From Gemmatimonadaceae bacterium (GTDB lineage: Bacteria > Gemmatimonadota > Gemmatimonadetes > Gemmatimonadales > Gemmatimonadaceae), in NCBI GenBank assembly GCA_031414435.1, contig JANNVN010000123.1, positions 1,158 to 65,157 on the forward strand: a DNA stretch of 64,000 nt, written 5' to 3'. Shown here piece by piece: positions 32,790 through 44,841 of this stretch. The first letter of the stretch is position 1. The number at the start of each line of letters is the position of its first letter. The notes under the pieces were generated by a model. It searched no databases. It had not been told where the DNA came from and saw only the letters and a program-made list of their open reading frames with translations. Position numbers and translations under genes: made by a program.

Positions 32790-35700
32790 GTGCCGATGTG
32801 ACCGCTGGCACCGGGCTTTCACCCGTGAAGCGGGCGCTGCTCGAGATCCGCGAACTGCGCGGCCGTGTGGCCGAACTCGAGGCGCAGCGCGCTGAGCCGA
32901 TCGCGATCGTTGGCCTGAGCATCCGCGCGCCGGGCGGGGTCCGTGACGCGGAGAGCTATGCCCGGCTGCTGTGGTCGGGCACCGATGCGATCACGGCCAT
33001 TCCACCGTCGCGCTGGTCACTCGAACAGTGGTATGCCGAGCCGCAGGATGCGCCGGGCAAGATGTATACGAAGTTCGGCGGGTTCGTCGACGACGTCGAC
33101 CAGTTCGACGCCGAGTTTTTCGGTATCGCGCCGGTTGAAGCCGCGAGCATGGATCCGCAACAGCGGATGGTCCTCGAACTGGCGTGGCATGCCCTCGAAG
33201 ACGCTGGCCACGCACCGTCCTCGCTGGCGGGTACGCCGGCCGGCGTCTATCTCGGTATCTCGAACAGCGACTACGGGCGCGCGCTCTTCGCCCATCCGGA
33301 CCTCATCGATCCGTACTTCAGCCCTGGCACGGCATCGAGCGTTGCGGCTGGTCGCGTGTCGTACGTGCTCGGTTTGCAGGGACCGGCGATCAGTGTCGAT
33401 ACCGCCTGTTCATCGTCGCTGGTGGCGCTGCACCTGGCCTGTCAGGGGTTGCGTCAGGGCGAGTGTGATCTGGCGCTGGCCGGCGGGGTGAATCTGATCC
33501 TGACGCCCGAGTTGAACATCAACTTTTCGAAAGCGGGCATGATGTCGCGTGACGGTCGCTGCCACACGTTCGATGCGGCGGCCAGCGGCTACGTGCGAGG
33601 GGAGGGCGGCGGCATGGTGGTGCTGCGTCGCCTGCGAGACGCGATCGCTGCGGGTGATCGCATTCTGGCGGTGGTTCGTGGCAGCGCCGTCAACCAGGAC
33701 GGCCGCAGCAATGGACTCACCGCGCCGAACGGACCGTCGCAGGAGGCGGTCATCCGCGCCGCACTGGCACAGGCGGGCGTCGCGGGCGCGCAGGTCGGCT
33801 ACGTCGAGGCGCACGGGACCGGAACATCACTTGGCGATCCGATCGAGGTGAACGCGCTCAGCGCCGTCCTCGGAGATGGTCGTGAACCCTCAGCGCCGCT
33901 GGTCCTCGGCTCGGTGAAGACCAATATCGGTCATCTCGAAGCGGCGGCCGGCATCGCTGGCGTGATCAAGACGGTGATTGCCCTCCAGCAGCGCGAAATT
34001 CCGCCGAATCTCCACTTTTCGACGCCGAACCCGTTCATCGACTGGGACCGAATGGCGCTGCAGGTGCCGCTGTCGGTCACACCGTGGACACCGATTGACG
34101 GACGATTCATCGCGGGAGTGAGTTCGTTCGGGTTCAGCGGCACAAATGCACACGTCGTGCTCGAACGAGGGCCGGACGCGGAGGCGGCCGCGGGCACCGC
34201 GGCCGTGGCACCGACAGCGCATGTGCTGGCGATCTCGGCGCGTGATGCGAACGCGTTGCGGACGCTTGGTGAAGGCTATCTGCGCCAGCTGCAGACGATG
34301 GATGCGGGCGATTCGTCGGCCCTGGCTGACTTCTGTTTCACGGCGACCGTTGGACGCGCGCACTTCGCACATCGCGTCAGCGTATCGGGCGAGAGTGCGG
34401 CGCTGCTCGCGGCGGGTCTCGACTGCTGGCTGAGTCAGGTGCCACATCCCCGCGTGATTGCCGGTGTCGCGGCCGCTGACGCGCCCCGCGTGGCGTTTCT
34501 GTTTCCCGGGCAGGGGCCACAGTACACCGGCATGGGCAAAGCGTTGTATGACAGGGCGCCTGAGTTCCGTCGGGCGTTCGACGCCTGTGCCGATGCGCTC
34601 GACCCGCTGCTGCCACAGCCGATCCGACCGATCGTGTTTCCTGATGACGGTGACGCGACGCTCCTCAATCAGACGGTGTATGCGCAGCCGGCGATGTTCG
34701 CGATCGAGTATGCGCTGGCGTCGCTCTGGAAGTCCTGGGGGGTGCACCCCGCCGCAGTGATGGGGCACAGCTTTGGTGAGTACGCGGCGGCGTGTGTGGC
34801 CGGCGTGGTATCGCTTGCTGATGCCGCCACAATGGTCGTGGCACGAGGGCGCCTTGTCGCCGCGCTGCCGGGTGACGGCGTAATGACGGTGGTCGAGGCG
34901 TCGGAGAGCGAGTTGCTGGAGGCGATCGGCCCCCGCGCAGGCACGGTGGCGATTGCGGCGATCAATGGACCGGCAAACTGTGTCATCAGCGGCGAGCGGC
35001 GTGATGTGACAGCCATCGCCGACCAATTTGCCGCGATGGGACGCCGGGTGAAGGCACTCCGCGTGTCGCACGCATTCCACTCGCCGCTGATGGATCCGGT
35101 GCTGGACGATTTCGAGCGCGCACTCGCCGCCGTGACGTATGCCGCGCCCACGACGAGCCTGATCTCGAATCTGACCGGCGCCGTCGCAGATCTCGCGACC
35201 ATCGGGCATGCGCGCTATTGGCGTGACCATCTGCGAAACTCCGTTCGCTTCTCGCGGTCAGTGCAGGTGCTCGCGTCGGAGCGTATCTCACACTTCATCG
35301 AGGTGAGCCCGCACCCGGTGCTGCTCGGCATGGCCGCAGAGAGCGTGACGCGCGGCGCGTGGCTCCCATCGTTGCGCGAGGATCAGAGCGCGTGGTCCGA
35401 AATGCTGCTGACTCTGCAGCGACTCTACGCTGATGGCGCATCGATCAACTGGGATGCGGTGGCGGGCGAGGGGAGCCGACAGCGCTTGGTGCTGCCGACC
35501 TATCCGTTCCAGCGAAAGCGCCACTGGATCGATGCCGTCGGTGCACCATCGGCGTCGGTCACGGCCAGCGTCGCCGTCGCGGATTTCTGGGCGGTCGCCG
35601 GGCCCACGCTGGATGCGCAGGCGGCGCGCGGGCCGCTCGATCTCGACGCGGCATCGTATCCCGCAAAGTGGGAGTGCCTCGCACGGCTGACGCACGGGCA

Positions 35701-37210
35701 GATCATGCAGACCCTGCGAGAGCTTGGTGCATTCGCACGGAAAGGAGAGTCGCACACTCTCGACACGATTCTCGATGCCACCGGTATCCTGGCGTCGCAC
35801 CGCCAGCTCGTCTCACGCTGGCTGCAGCATCTGGTGAATGACGGCGCACTGCGACGGGACGGCGATGTGTTCTTTGCGCGCGAGGCGCGTGCGCGCACGC
35901 CGATGGCGGACCTGTGGGCCGAAGCGGAGCAGCGGTTTCACGACAATCGCGAGATGCTCGCGTACGTGAAGAACTGTGCCTCGCGCCTGCCTGCGATCGT
36001 CACCGGGCGCGAAAGTGCGCTCGAATCGTTGTTCCCGGAGGGATCGTTCGAGCTGGCGACCGCCCTGTACGAGCAGTCGGCCACGATGCGATACATCAAC
36101 GGCCTCGCGGCGGCCGGTCTCGAGGCCGTCGCGCGCACCCTTCCCGCCGGCCGGTCGCTGCGCGTCCTGGAAATCGGTGCCGGGACTGGGGGAACGACTT
36201 CTTCGCTGCTCCGCGTCCTGCCCGTCGACCGCTCGGACTATCTGTTCACCGACGTGAGTGACGCGTTTCTCGATCGCGCGCGAACCCGATTCGCCGAGTA
36301 TTCCAACGTCCGCTACGGCCGATTCGATCTGGATGTCGACGTCGAGTCTCAGGGGTATGTCGCCGGCCAGTTTGATGTGATCGTGTCGGCCAACTGCGTT
36401 CACGCCTCTCGTGACCTACGCTCGGTGCTCGCGCGTCTGCGAGACTTGCTGGCTCCGGGCGGCCTGCTGATGCTGATCGAATCGACGGAGCACTTCGACT
36501 TCTTCGAAATCACGACCGGACTGATCGAGGGATGGCAGGCATTCGCCGATGACCTGCGCACCGACAATCCACTCTTGCCACCGGACACGTGGACCGCCGC
36601 CATGCGGGTGGCCGGTTTTGACTGCGCCGAGGCTTGGCCCGCCCGCGGCTCGACAGCCGAGGCGTTGGGGCAGCATGTCATCGTCGCACGTGCGCCTGGC
36701 GCAGTGAGCGTCGCCGTCCGGCCGCCGCAGTCATCGATTGCGGGACATGCCGCGCGTGAAGCACCGGCACTGCCGCCCGTCACGCACGACTGGACGACCA
36801 GGCTGATAGCCGAGTTGCCGGCTGAGCGACACGGTCTGCTTTGCGAGGGAGTGCGTGGCGAAGTCATGCGGATTCTGCGCCTTGATCCGGCGTCGCCCCC
36901 GGCGCGGCACGACCGGCTGATGGAGCTCGGAATGGACTCGCTGATGTCCGTGCAGCTGCGAAACGCTCTGGCGACGATGCTCGAACTGGACCGCCCACTT
37001 CCAGCGACGCTGATCTTCGACTATCCGACGATAGATGCGATCTCGGCATTCCTGCTCGAGCGGAGCGATCTGCCGACGGTGACGACGGCCGAGGTGGCTG
37101 AGCCCCGTGCTCGCAGCGAGGAGCCTGCGCCGATCACCGCCAGTACCATCGCCGCGATGAGTGATGAGGAAATCACCGCCGCGCTGCTGGCCCGGGAGGG
37201 TGGCGCGTGA
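32786..37210 (+). CDS. type I PKS, Ndock-KS-AT(malonyl-type)-cMT-ACP (no KR, DH or ER)
   Basis: N-terminal [20 protein letters not shown]: DTACSSS (Cys 33407-33409). AT: GHSFGE (Ser 34769-34771), HAFHS. SAM motif I: [14 protein letters not shown] (about 36166-36195), plus [12 protein letters not shown]...[15 protein letters not shown]: LGMDSLMS (Ser 36938-36940). There is no Rossmann TGGxGxxG between the AT and the ACP. Tail [17 protein letters not shown]. Confidence 0.92.
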   Translation: MSADVTAGTGLSPVKRALLEIRELRGRVAELEAQRAEPIAIVGLSIRAPGGVRDAESYARLLWSGTDAITAIPPSRWSLEQWYAEPQDAPGKMYTKFGGFVDDVDQFDAEFFGIAPVEAASMDPQQRMVLELAWHALEDAGHAPSSLAGTPAGVYLGISNSDYGRALFAHPDLIDPYFSPGTASSVAAGRVSYVLGLQGPAISVDTACSSSLVALHLACQGLRQGECDLALAGGVNLILTPELNINFSKAGMMSRDGRCHTFDAAASGYVRGEGGGMVVLRRLRDAIAAGDRILAVVRGSAVNQDGRSNGLTAPNGPSQEAVIRAALAQAGVAGAQVGYVEAHGTGTSLGDPIEVNALSAVLGDGREPSAPLVLGSVKTNIGHLEAAAGIAGVIKTVIALQQREIPPNLHFSTPNPFIDWDRMALQVPLSVTPWTPIDGRFIAGVSSFGFSGTNAHVVLERGPDAEAAAGTAAVAPTAHVLAISARDANALRTLGEGYLRQLQTMDAGDSSALADFCFTATVGRAHFAHRVSVSGESAALLAAGLDCWLSQVPHPRVIAGVAAADAPRVAFLFPGQGPQYTGMGKALYDRAPEFRRAFDACADALDPLLPQPIRPIVFPDDGDATLLNQTVYAQPAMFAIEYALASLWKSWGVHPAAVMGHSFGEYAAACVAGVVSLADAATMVVARGRLVAALPGDGVMTVVEASESELLEAIGPRAGTVAIAAINGPANCVISGERRDVTAIADQFAAMGRRVKALRVSHAFHSPLMDPVLDDFERALAAVTYAAPTTSLISNLTGAVADLATIGHARYWRDHLRNSVRFSRSVQVLASERISHFIEVSPHPVLLGMAAESVTRGAWLPSLREDQSAWSEMLLTLQRLYADGASINWDAVAGEGSRQRLVLPTYPFQRKRHWIDAVGAPSASVTASVAVADFWAVAGPTLDAQAARGPLDLDAASYPAKWECLARLTHGQIMQTLRELGAFARKGESHTLDTILDATGILASHRQLVSRWLQHLVNDGALRRDGDVFFAREARARTPMADLWAEAEQRFHDNREMLAYVKNCASRLPAIVTGRESALESLFPEGSFELATALYEQSATMRYINGLAAAGLEAVARTLPAGRSLRVLEIGAGTGGTTSSLLRVLPVDRSDYLFTDVSDAFLDRARTRFAEYSNVRYGRFDLDVDVESQGYVAGQFDVIVSANCVHASRDLRSVLARLRDLLAPGGLLMLIESTEHFDFFEITTGLIEGWQAFADDLRTDNPLLPPDTWTAAMRVAGFDCAEAWPARGSTAEALGQHVIVARAPGAVSVAVRPPQSSIAGHAAREAPALPPVTHDWTTRLIAELPAERHGLLCEGVRGEVMRILRLDPASPPARHDRLMELGMDSLMSVQLRNALATMLELDRPLPATLIFDYPTIDAISAFLLERSDLPTVTTAEVAEPRARSEEPAPITASTIAAMSDEEITAALLAREGGA

Positions 37211-40200
37211 CCGATGTGACGCCAGAGGGTCCGTCACTCTCGCCCTTGCAGCGCGCATTCATCGCACTCGAGGAGACGCGCGCACGCCTGAAACTGGCCG
37301 AGGCTGCCATCCGTGAACCGATTGCGATCATTGGGCTGGGCTGCCGCATTCCGGGGCAGGCCAACGATCCGGCCAGTTTCTGGCGGTTGCTCAGAAATGG
37401 CATCGATGCAACGGGGCCGGTGCCAACGGATCGCTGGGACGTTGATGCGTACTACCATCCCGATGCGGAACACGCCGGAACCATCGCCGCGCGACGCGGC
37501 GGTTTCCTCGGCGCAGTTGACAGTTTCGATCCCGCATTTTTCGGTATCGCACGACGCGAAGCACAAGGGATGGACCCGCAACAGCGGCTGCTGCTCGAGG
37601 TTGTGTGGGAAGCGCTTGAGCATGCGGGGCAGGCGCCAGATCGGCTCGAACGTTCGTCCACCGGCGTGTACGTCGGCTGCGCCGGCAGCGACTACGCGTA
37701 CATGCAGCTGGAGACGCGTGATCGCGAGCTGCTCGATCCCCACTTCGCCTCGGGCATCGGGCACAGCGTGATCTCGGGGCGGATCTCCTACCTGCTTGGA
37801 TTGCAGGGGCCAAGCCTGACGATCGACACCGCGTGCTCCTCGTCGCTCGTGGCAGTGCACCAGGCGTCGCAGGCGTTGCGTGCCGGGGAATGCCGCATGG
37901 CGCTGGCCGGCGGCGTGAACCTGATCCTGTCGCCCGACATCTTCATTGCGTTGTCACGTTCCCGCATGCTGTCGCCCGATGGCCGCTGCCGGACCTTCGA
38001 TGCCGCGGCGGACGGTTTTGCGCGTGGTGAAGGATGCGGCGTCGTGGTGCTGAAGCGACTGCGCGATGCTGAAGCCGATGGTGATCGCATTCTGGCCGTG
38101 ATCCGAGGCAGTGCCGTGAATCAGGACGGCGCGAGCAGCGGTTTGACGGCGCCGAACGGCCCACAGCAGGAAGCGGTGATTCGCGAGGCGCTTGGTCGCG
38201 CCGGTATCGCGCCGCGTCTGGTGAGCTACATCGAGGCGCACGGCACTGGCACGCAGCTCGGTGATCCGCTGGAGATGCAGGCGCTCGGCGCCGTCTTCGG
38301 CGCAGACCGGAGCGGGGTAGCGCCGCTCTATGTCGGCTCGGTGAAGACGAACGTCGGGCATCTGGAGGCAGCTGCCGGCGTGACCGGGTTGATAAAGCTC
38401 GTGCTGGCGTTGCAGCACCGTGAGATTCCGGCGCACCTGCACTTCAGGACGCCGAGCCCGCACATCCCGTGGGCGGAAATCCCGTTACAGATCCCGACCA
38501 AACACACCGCATGGCCCGCGATCGATGGCCGCCTGATCGCTGGTGTGAGCTCGTTTGGATTCAGCGGGACGAACGTGCACATCGTTGTCGAAGCGGCAGA
38601 ACCGCCGGCCGCGACGTCCGTGGGAAACATCGTTCGTCGGCTTGCGTTCGTGTTCTCCGCCGAGAACGAGGCGGCCCTGCTGGCGCTGGCTGAGGTCTAT
38701 GCATCGAGTTTCGTCGACACCGCAGAGGGCGACTTCGCCAATGTCTGCCATACCGCTGCGGTGTCGCGCGCGGTCCATCCGCACCGTGCCGTGGTGCTGG
38801 CGGCGTCGATGGCGGAACTGCGCGGGGCGCTGCGCGCATTCGCCAACGGTGCGGACGACGATCGGGTCCGCACGTCGACTGTGACCGGTCGTGATCCGAC
38901 GCGCCTCGCCTTCCTCTTTACGGGCCAGGGCGCGCAGTACGCAGGCATGACGCAGCAGTTGATCGCACACGAGCCGGTGTTCCGTGACGCCATCGATCGG
39001 TGCGCCGCGATCCTAACGCCGCTGCTCGGACTTCCGCTGCGTTCGTTGCTCGACGGCGCGTCGCCGGATGCAGCGCGGCTGGACGAGACGCAGTACGCGC
39101 AGCCGGCACTGTTCGCGGTCGAGTATGCGATGACATGCCTCTGGAAATCGTGGGGCATCGTGCCCGACGTCGTCATCGGGCATTCAGTCGGTGAGTATGT
39201 GGCCGCGTGTGTGGCCGGCGTCTTCCCACTCGATGATGCGCTGCGGCTGATCACCGAGCGAGGCCGCCTGATGCAGGCATTGCCTGGTGGCGGCGCGATG
39301 GCGGCGATCTTTGCTCCCGAGAATGACGTGACGCCGTTTGTCGATGCGCGTCGCGATGCGGTGTCGATCGCGGCGGTGAACGGCCAGGCGCAGACCGTCA
39401 TTTCGGGAAGGGCGGGCGCGGTCGAAGAGATCGAAACGGCATTCACGGCGCGCGGCGTGCGGGTGCAGCGCCTGACGGTGTCGCATGCCTTTCATTCGCC
39501 GCTGATGGAGCCGATGCTCGACGCGTTCGAGCAGTTTGCCGCAACAGCCGGCTACAGCGCGCCCCGCCTCCGGATGATTTCGAACGTCACCGGCGCGGTG
39601 GCGGATGCTGGAGCGGTCACGACGGCATCGTACTGGCGCAAACATGTGCGCGCCGCAGTGCGGTTCGCCGATGGCATGCGGACGCTGGCAGCGCTCAAGC
39701 CGGATGTCTGTCTCGAAGTCGGGCCGCATCCGACATTGCTGCCGTTCGCACAGGAAGCGTTCGCCGATGGCGAGGCGACTTTCGCTGCCAGCGTGCGGAA
39801 GACGACACCGCCCTACGATCAGCTCGCCGAGGCGTTGGGCACCCTGTTTCTTGCCGGCGCGCCGATTGACTGGCGGGCGGTGTGGTCATCACACGCCGTG
39901 CAGCTGGTGGATCTGCCGACATACCCGTTCCAGCGTGAGCGGTGCTGGTTCAAGCCGAAGTACGTGCCACTGCCGACAGGGCGCGAGACGGGGCATCCGC
40001 TGCTTGGCGTCCGATTGCGGACGTCGTTACGGGACATTGTCCAGTTCGAGACGCTGTTGCAGTCTGCCGCCGTGCCCTGTCTGCGCGACCATCGCGTGAG
40101 CGGCCGCACGATCCTGCCAGGTGCGGCGTACGTCGACATGGCGCTGAGCGCGGCGCGCCAGGTCGTCGATGACCCACGGGGCATTCAGGATCTCGTGATC

Positions 40201-43200
40201 GCCCAGCCACTGGTGGTGGGCGACGATGACGCGCGCCGTGTGCAGACCGTGATCCGCTTGCGGGATGATGCGCACCCGACATTCGAAGTGCTTTCCCTTG
40301 CCGCTGATGCTGACGACGATGAGTGGCAGGTCCACGCGAGCGGCTCACTCGTTCCCCTGGCGCTGCCGGCGCCGCCGATTCCTGTCGTGCCCGCGGCACA
40401 TCGCGATCACATCGATGCCGCTGCGCACCAGGCACAACTGGCAGCACGCGGACTCGTCTTCGGGCCGAGCCTGCATGGCGTGCGGCAGATCGAACGCTCG
40501 GACGGTGCGGCCGTCGGTGTGATCACGCAGCCGGTCGAGCCGGGGCACGACGAGTCGCGGTATCTGTTGGCGCCTGGCCTGTTGGATGCGTGCCTGCAGG
40601 TGCTTGCGTCGGCGATTCCGGCGGGCGCCACGCGCAATGTGCCATATCTGCCGTTGCTCATCGAGCGGGTGCGGGTGTTCCGCACACCTGGTGCGTCGGT
40701 ACGGAGCTTTGCATTCGTCGACGAGCCAACACGTCGTCCGGCAGACACGATCGTTGGACGCTGTGTGATCGTGGACGACGACGGGGTGGTGGCGGAACTG
40801 GACGGGATCACGCTGCGCGCAGCCGCGGATGCAGCGTCGGCGGAGACGAAGGATCTGTACACGGTCGAGTGGGATCGCCTTGCCGACGAGGAAGCCTGGA
40901 CACCGACCGTCGACGTCCTCGCGACGACTGTGGGGCCAGCGCTCGACGCGCTTGCGGTCGAGCATGACTTTGCATCGTACTTTCGTGCCTTTACGGCACT
41001 TGAGTCGCTTTCGACAAAGTGGATTGTGAGTGCGCTCCGGGAACTGGGTTGGGCGCCGCGGAGCGGCGAGACGGTGCGGGCACCCGAACTCGGCGTCTCC
41101 CTCGGCGTACAGGCGCGGTATCACCGGCTGCTTCACCGATTGCTCGAAATTCTTCACGAAGACGGCATCGTCCGACGTGTGGGTGACTCGTTCGTCGTCC
41201 ACGAACTGCCGCAGACGGATGTGTCATCGACCATTCCGGGTGAGGCGGCAATCTTCGAGCCGTCGTCGGCGCGCCTCGAGATGACGCAGCGATGCGGTGA
41301 TGTCTTCGCAGAGATTCTGCGCGGGACCATCGACCCCTTGCAGCAGTTGTTCCCCGATGGCTCGACTGCATTGGCCGAATCGCTGTACCGCGATTCCCCG
41401 GAGGCAAAGGGATTCAATCAGCTGGTCCGGGAAACGGTCCGTGAAATGGCGTCGCATCTGCCGGCGCAACGCACGTTGCGGATCCTCGAAGTCGGCGGCG
41501 GGACAGGTGGCACGACCGCCTGGGTTGCGCCAATTCTTGACGCCGGGCGCACGGAGTACCTGTTCACCGATGTCGGGCCGCTACTGGTGGAGCGCGCACG
41601 CGAACGATTCAGCGCGGCCAATCCCTTCATGCAGTTCGCCCCATTCGATCTCGAGCGCGATCCTGCAACACAGCCGCCGGGCGGACGGCGCTTCGATGTG
41701 ATTCTGGCATCGAACGTCATTCACGCCACGGCCGATCTGCGCCAGACGCTGGGGCATCTGCGCAGCCTGCTGGCGCCGGGCGGCGTGCTGCTGATACTGG
41801 AGGTGGCGGGACGCGAACGTTGGATCGACCTGACCTTTGGTCTCACCGATGGATGGTGGCGTTTCATCGACACCGACTTGCGCCCCGAGTATCCTCTCCT
41901 GGCGCGTGATGAGTGGATCTCGCTGCTGGCAGCGGCAGGGTTCGAGGTGGCGGCCGTCGGCGCGCGGCACCCACATTCGCGCGAGGTCCTGCTCGCCGCG
42001 CGGAAGCCGGTGCACGATGCGCTGCGTTCAGGACAGGAGTGGCTGATTCTGGCTGATTCCGGAGGCGTCGGTGATGCACTGGCCGCGCGGCTGCGTGCGG
42101 AGCGGCAACGTGTGCACGTTGTGCCGCAGGGCGCGAGGCACCAGGACAGTACGCAACGCGAGATCGCGGCGCACGCCGCAACGGCCACGGCGATCGTGCA
42201 TCTCTGGAGTCTCGATGTCCCGCCGGCGGTGGAACACGATCCCAGTGCACTGGTGCCGAACCAGGAGAGCAGCCTCGGGTCAATCGTGTCGGTCGTCCAG
42301 TTGCTGGGCGGCATGTCGTTTGGCGTTGATGCGGCACCGCGCCTGTTCATCGCGACGCGTGGCGCGACGGCTGTTGACGGCGGCGCACCCGTCACGCTCA
42401 CGCAATCCGCGGTCTGGGGCCTCGGCATGGTGGTGGCGCGCGAGCATCCCGAACTTCGTGCAACACGTATCGATCTCGATCCAGCTGCGAGCATCGAGTC
42501 ACAGATCGATGCGCTCCTTGCGTGTTTCAGTCTTGGAGTGGAGGAGGATCAGTGTGCCGTACGCGGCGCCTCGCGCCTTGTGCCTCGGATCACGCCGTTC
42601 GTGGCCGTGCCGGCTGAGGCACAGGGTACGCTGCAGCGCCTGGAGCGATCCGTCACCGGCGTATTCGATGATCTCGCACTGGTCACGCTACCAAGGCAGT
42701 CTCCCGGACCGCACCGGGTCGAGATCGAGATTCACGCGGCGGGGCTCAACTTCCGCGATGTCATGAACGCCGTCGCAATGCGCGACGACGACGAGCCGCT
42801 CGGCGGTGAGTGTTCCGGGCGCGTGGTGGCGATTGGTGAAGGTGTCACGGAGTTCGCTGTTGGCGACGCGGTAGTGGCGATTGCCGAGGCCGCACTCGGC
42901 AGCTTTGCCGTCGCCGACGCGGGGCATGTGGCCGCGCTGCCGCCTGCGATGAGTTTCGCGGAGGCGGCCACGCTGCCCTTTGCCTTCATGACGGCGCGAT
43001 ATGCGCTCCAGCATTGCGCCGGACTGCGATCGGGAGAGACCATCCTGATTCACGCTGCCGCCGGCGGTGTGGGGCTGGCTGCCGTCCAATTGGCGCAGCG
43101 CGCCGGATGCACGATCATCGCCACGGCGGGTAGTGAGATCAAGCGCGCGTTCCTGCGTCAGCTTGGTGTGCAGCACATCTTCGACTCCAGATCCACTTCT

Positions 43201-44841
43201 TTCGCCGCGGATGTGATGCGCGTGACGGAGAATCGGGGCGTGGGCGTGGTGCTGAACTCGCTGGCTGGGCCGTTCATTCCCGCCAGCGCGCATTGCCTGA
43301 CCCCGACGGGCCGTTTCCTCGAGATCGGCAAACGCGATATCTGGACCGATGCAGAGTTTGCGACGGTCCGACCGGCGGGCGCCTACTTCGCGATCGACCT
43401 GGCGCGCGTCCGAGCGGAAGCGCCGCTACAGTCACACGCGCTCTTCCGGGAGACGATCGCGGCGGCGGTCGCTGGCGCGATCCGGCCGCTGGCGTTGCGT
43501 GCGTTCCCGCTGCAGAGCGCGGCGGCGGCCTTCAAGTTCATGGCGCAGGCGAAGCACATCGGCAAGGTCGTGCTGCTGCCAGAACAGGCGACGAGAGGGA
43601 GTCTGGACGCGCTGGCGCCGGATGCCACGTACCTGATCACTGGCGGCCTGACCGGCCTCGGCCTGCTGACCGCCGGGCGACTGGTGGAGCGCGGGGCGCG
43701 CCATCTGATGCTGGTGGGCCGTCGTGCACCGTCCGATGCGGCGGCGGCGACGATTGCCGCGATGCGCGATGCCGGTATCAATGTACGAGTGACCGCGGCG
43801 GATGTCGGGGTCGCCGCTGATGTGCAGCGCGTGCTGACTGAGATCGCGGCGACGATGCCGCCGCTGCGTGGTGTGATTCACTCGGCCGGCGCATTGGATG
43901 ATGGCGCATTGCTGCAGTTGTCCTGGTCACGTTTCACGACGCCGTTGCGCGCAAAGATGGACGGCACATGGGCACTCCACGTGCTCACGCGTGATCAGCT
44001 GCTCGACTTCTTCATCATGTTTTCGTCGGTGGCGTCGGTACTCGGCTCGTCGGGTCAGAGCAGTCACAGCGCCGCCAACGCATTCATGGATGCGCTGGCA
44101 TTCCATCGTCGTGCGCAGGGCTTGCCGGCGACGAGCATCAGCTGGGGTGCCTGGAGCGAAATCGGTGCCGCAGCGGATCGCAGGGTCGATCAGAGTGTTG
44201 GTGCGATGGGGATCGGTGTCATCACGCCGACAGCAGGATTGGACATGCTCGACACGATCACACGAAGCGATGCACCGCATGTGACGGCATTGCCCGTAAA
44301 CTGGACACAGCTGCGCGCGCACCGTCACCCGCGCAATGGCCGATGCTATCTCGATCGTGTCGCACGGATGCCCGTGAGCACTGGAGCGTCATCCCGCACC
44401 GCGGCGCCGCCGGCGTCACGCGCGCCATCAGCGGTCGATCTCGATGCGCTGCGCGATGCCCCGCCGGCCCGCCGGCACGCCGTGATGCTGGCGTTCGCCG
44501 GCGAACATGTCGCGCGCGTGCTCAGTGCCCCCTCCGCGCAGGCGATCGATGTCGCCCAGCCGCTGAACGAACTCGGTCTCGACTCGCTGATGGCCGTCGA
44601 ACTGCGAAACCGGCTCAGCCGGGGACTGCAGCTCGATCGAAGCCTGCCGGCGACGTTGGTGTTCGATCACCCGACACTGGATGCGATTGCGCGGTTCCTG
44701 GTCGAGACAGTGCTCCCTGCCGCAGACGTACAGGCTGCGGCGAGCGTCCCGGCCGTATCGAGTGATGCCGTGGGCGCCATCGATGATCTCACGGACGAGC
44801 AGATAGACGCGCTCTTCGCCAACCGGATGCGGAACGAATAG
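37207..44841 (+). CDS. type I PKS, Ndock-KS-AT(malonyl-type)-DH-cMT-ER-KR-ACP
   Basis: N-terminal LSPLQRAFIALEETRARL. KS: DTACSSS (Cys 37834-37836). AT: GHSVGE (Ser 39184-39186), HAFHS. DH: HPLLG...HRVSGRTILPGA (His 40090-40092), FGPSL, LDACLQ. cMT: LRILEVGGGTGGTT (about 41484-41515). ER: LNFRDVM, LIHAAAGGVGLAAVQLAQ. KR: ITGGLTGLG, HSAGALDDG. ACP: LGLDSLMA (Ser 44584-44586). Tail LTDEQIDALFANRMRNE. Confidence 0.93.
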   Translation: MTDVTPEGPSLSPLQRAFIALEETRARLKLAEAAIREPIAIIGLGCRIPGQANDPASFWRLLRNGIDATGPVPTDRWDVDAYYHPDAEHAGTIAARRGGFLGAVDSFDPAFFGIARREAQGMDPQQRLLLEVVWEALEHAGQAPDRLERSSTGVYVGCAGSDYAYMQLETRDRELLDPHFASGIGHSVISGRISYLLGLQGPSLTIDTACSSSLVAVHQASQALRAGECRMALAGGVNLILSPDIFIALSRSRMLSPDGRCRTFDAAADGFARGEGCGVVVLKRLRDAEADGDRILAVIRGSAVNQDGASSGLTAPNGPQQEAVIREALGRAGIAPRLVSYIEAHGTGTQLGDPLEMQALGAVFGADRSGVAPLYVGSVKTNVGHLEAAAGVTGLIKLVLALQHREIPAHLHFRTPSPHIPWAEIPLQIPTKHTAWPAIDGRLIAGVSSFGFSGTNVHIVVEAAEPPAATSVGNIVRRLAFVFSAENEAALLALAEVYASSFVDTAEGDFANVCHTAAVSRAVHPHRAVVLAASMAELRGALRAFANGADDDRVRTSTVTGRDPTRLAFLFTGQGAQYAGMTQQLIAHEPVFRDAIDRCAAILTPLLGLPLRSLLDGASPDAARLDETQYAQPALFAVEYAMTCLWKSWGIVPDVVIGHSVGEYVAACVAGVFPLDDALRLITERGRLMQALPGGGAMAAIFAPENDVTPFVDARRDAVSIAAVNGQAQTVISGRAGAVEEIETAFTARGVRVQRLTVSHAFHSPLMEPMLDAFEQFAATAGYSAPRLRMISNVTGAVADAGAVTTASYWRKHVRAAVRFADGMRTLAALKPDVCLEVGPHPTLLPFAQEAFADGEATFAASVRKTTPPYDQLAEALGTLFLAGAPIDWRAVWSSHAVQLVDLPTYPFQRERCWFKPKYVPLPTGRETGHPLLGVRLRTSLRDIVQFETLLQSAAVPCLRDHRVSGRTILPGAAYVDMALSAARQVVDDPRGIQDLVIAQPLVVGDDDARRVQTVIRLRDDAHPTFEVLSLAADADDDEWQVHASGSLVPLALPAPPIPVVPAAHRDHIDAAAHQAQLAARGLVFGPSLHGVRQIERSDGAAVGVITQPVEPGHDESRYLLAPGLLDACLQVLASAIPAGATRNVPYLPLLIERVRVFRTPGASVRSFAFVDEPTRRPADTIVGRCVIVDDDGVVAELDGITLRAAADAASAETKDLYTVEWDRLADEEAWTPTVDVLATTVGPALDALAVEHDFASYFRAFTALESLSTKWIVSALRELGWAPRSGETVRAPELGVSLGVQARYHRLLHRLLEILHEDGIVRRVGDSFVVHELPQTDVSSTIPGEAAIFEPSSARLEMTQRCGDVFAEILRGTIDPLQQLFPDGSTALAESLYRDSPEAKGFNQLVRETVREMASHLPAQRTLRILEVGGGTGGTTAWVAPILDAGRTEYLFTDVGPLLVERARERFSAANPFMQFAPFDLERDPATQPPGGRRFDVILASNVIHATADLRQTLGHLRSLLAPGGVLLILEVAGRERWIDLTFGLTDGWWRFIDTDLRPEYPLLARDEWISLLAAAGFEVAAVGARHPHSREVLLAARKPVHDALRSGQEWLILADSGGVGDALAARLRAERQRVHVVPQGARHQDSTQREIAAHAATATAIVHLWSLDVPPAVEHDPSALVPNQESSLGSIVSVVQLLGGMSFGVDAAPRLFIATRGATAVDGGAPVTLTQSAVWGLGMVVAREHPELRATRIDLDPAASIESQIDALLACFSLGVEEDQCAVRGASRLVPRITPFVAVPAEAQGTLQRLERSVTGVFDDLALVTLPRQSPGPHRVEIEIHAAGLNFRDVMNAVAMRDDDEPLGGECSGRVVAIGEGVTEFAVGDAVVAIAEAALGSFAVADAGHVAALPPAMSFAEAATLPFAFMTARYALQHCAGLRSGETILIHAAAGGVGLAAVQLAQRAGCTIIATAGSEIKRAFLRQLGVQHIFDSRSTSFAADVMRVTENRGVGVVLNSLAGPFIPASAHCLTPTGRFLEIGKRDIWTDAEFATVRPAGAYFAIDLARVRAEAPLQSHALFRETIAAAVAGAIRPLALRAFPLQSAAAAFKFMAQAKHIGKVVLLPEQATRGSLDALAPDATYLITGGLTGLGLLTAGRLVERGARHLMLVGRRAPSDAAAATIAAMRDAGINVRVTAADVGVAADVQRVLTEIAATMPPLRGVIHSAGALDDGALLQLSWSRFTTPLRAKMDGTWALHVLTRDQLLDFFIMFSSVASVLGSSGQSSHSAANAFMDALAFHRRAQGLPATSISWGAWSEIGAAADRRVDQSVGAMGIGVITPTAGLDMLDTITRSDAPHVTALPVNWTQLRAHRHPRNGRCYLDRVARMPVSTGASSRTAAPPASRAPSAVDLDALRDAPPARRHAVMLAFAGEHVARVLSAPSAQAIDVAQPLNELGLDSLMAVELRNRLSRGLQLDRSLPATLVFDHPTLDAIARFLVETVLPAADVQAAASVPAVSSDAVGAIDDLTDEQIDALFANRMRNE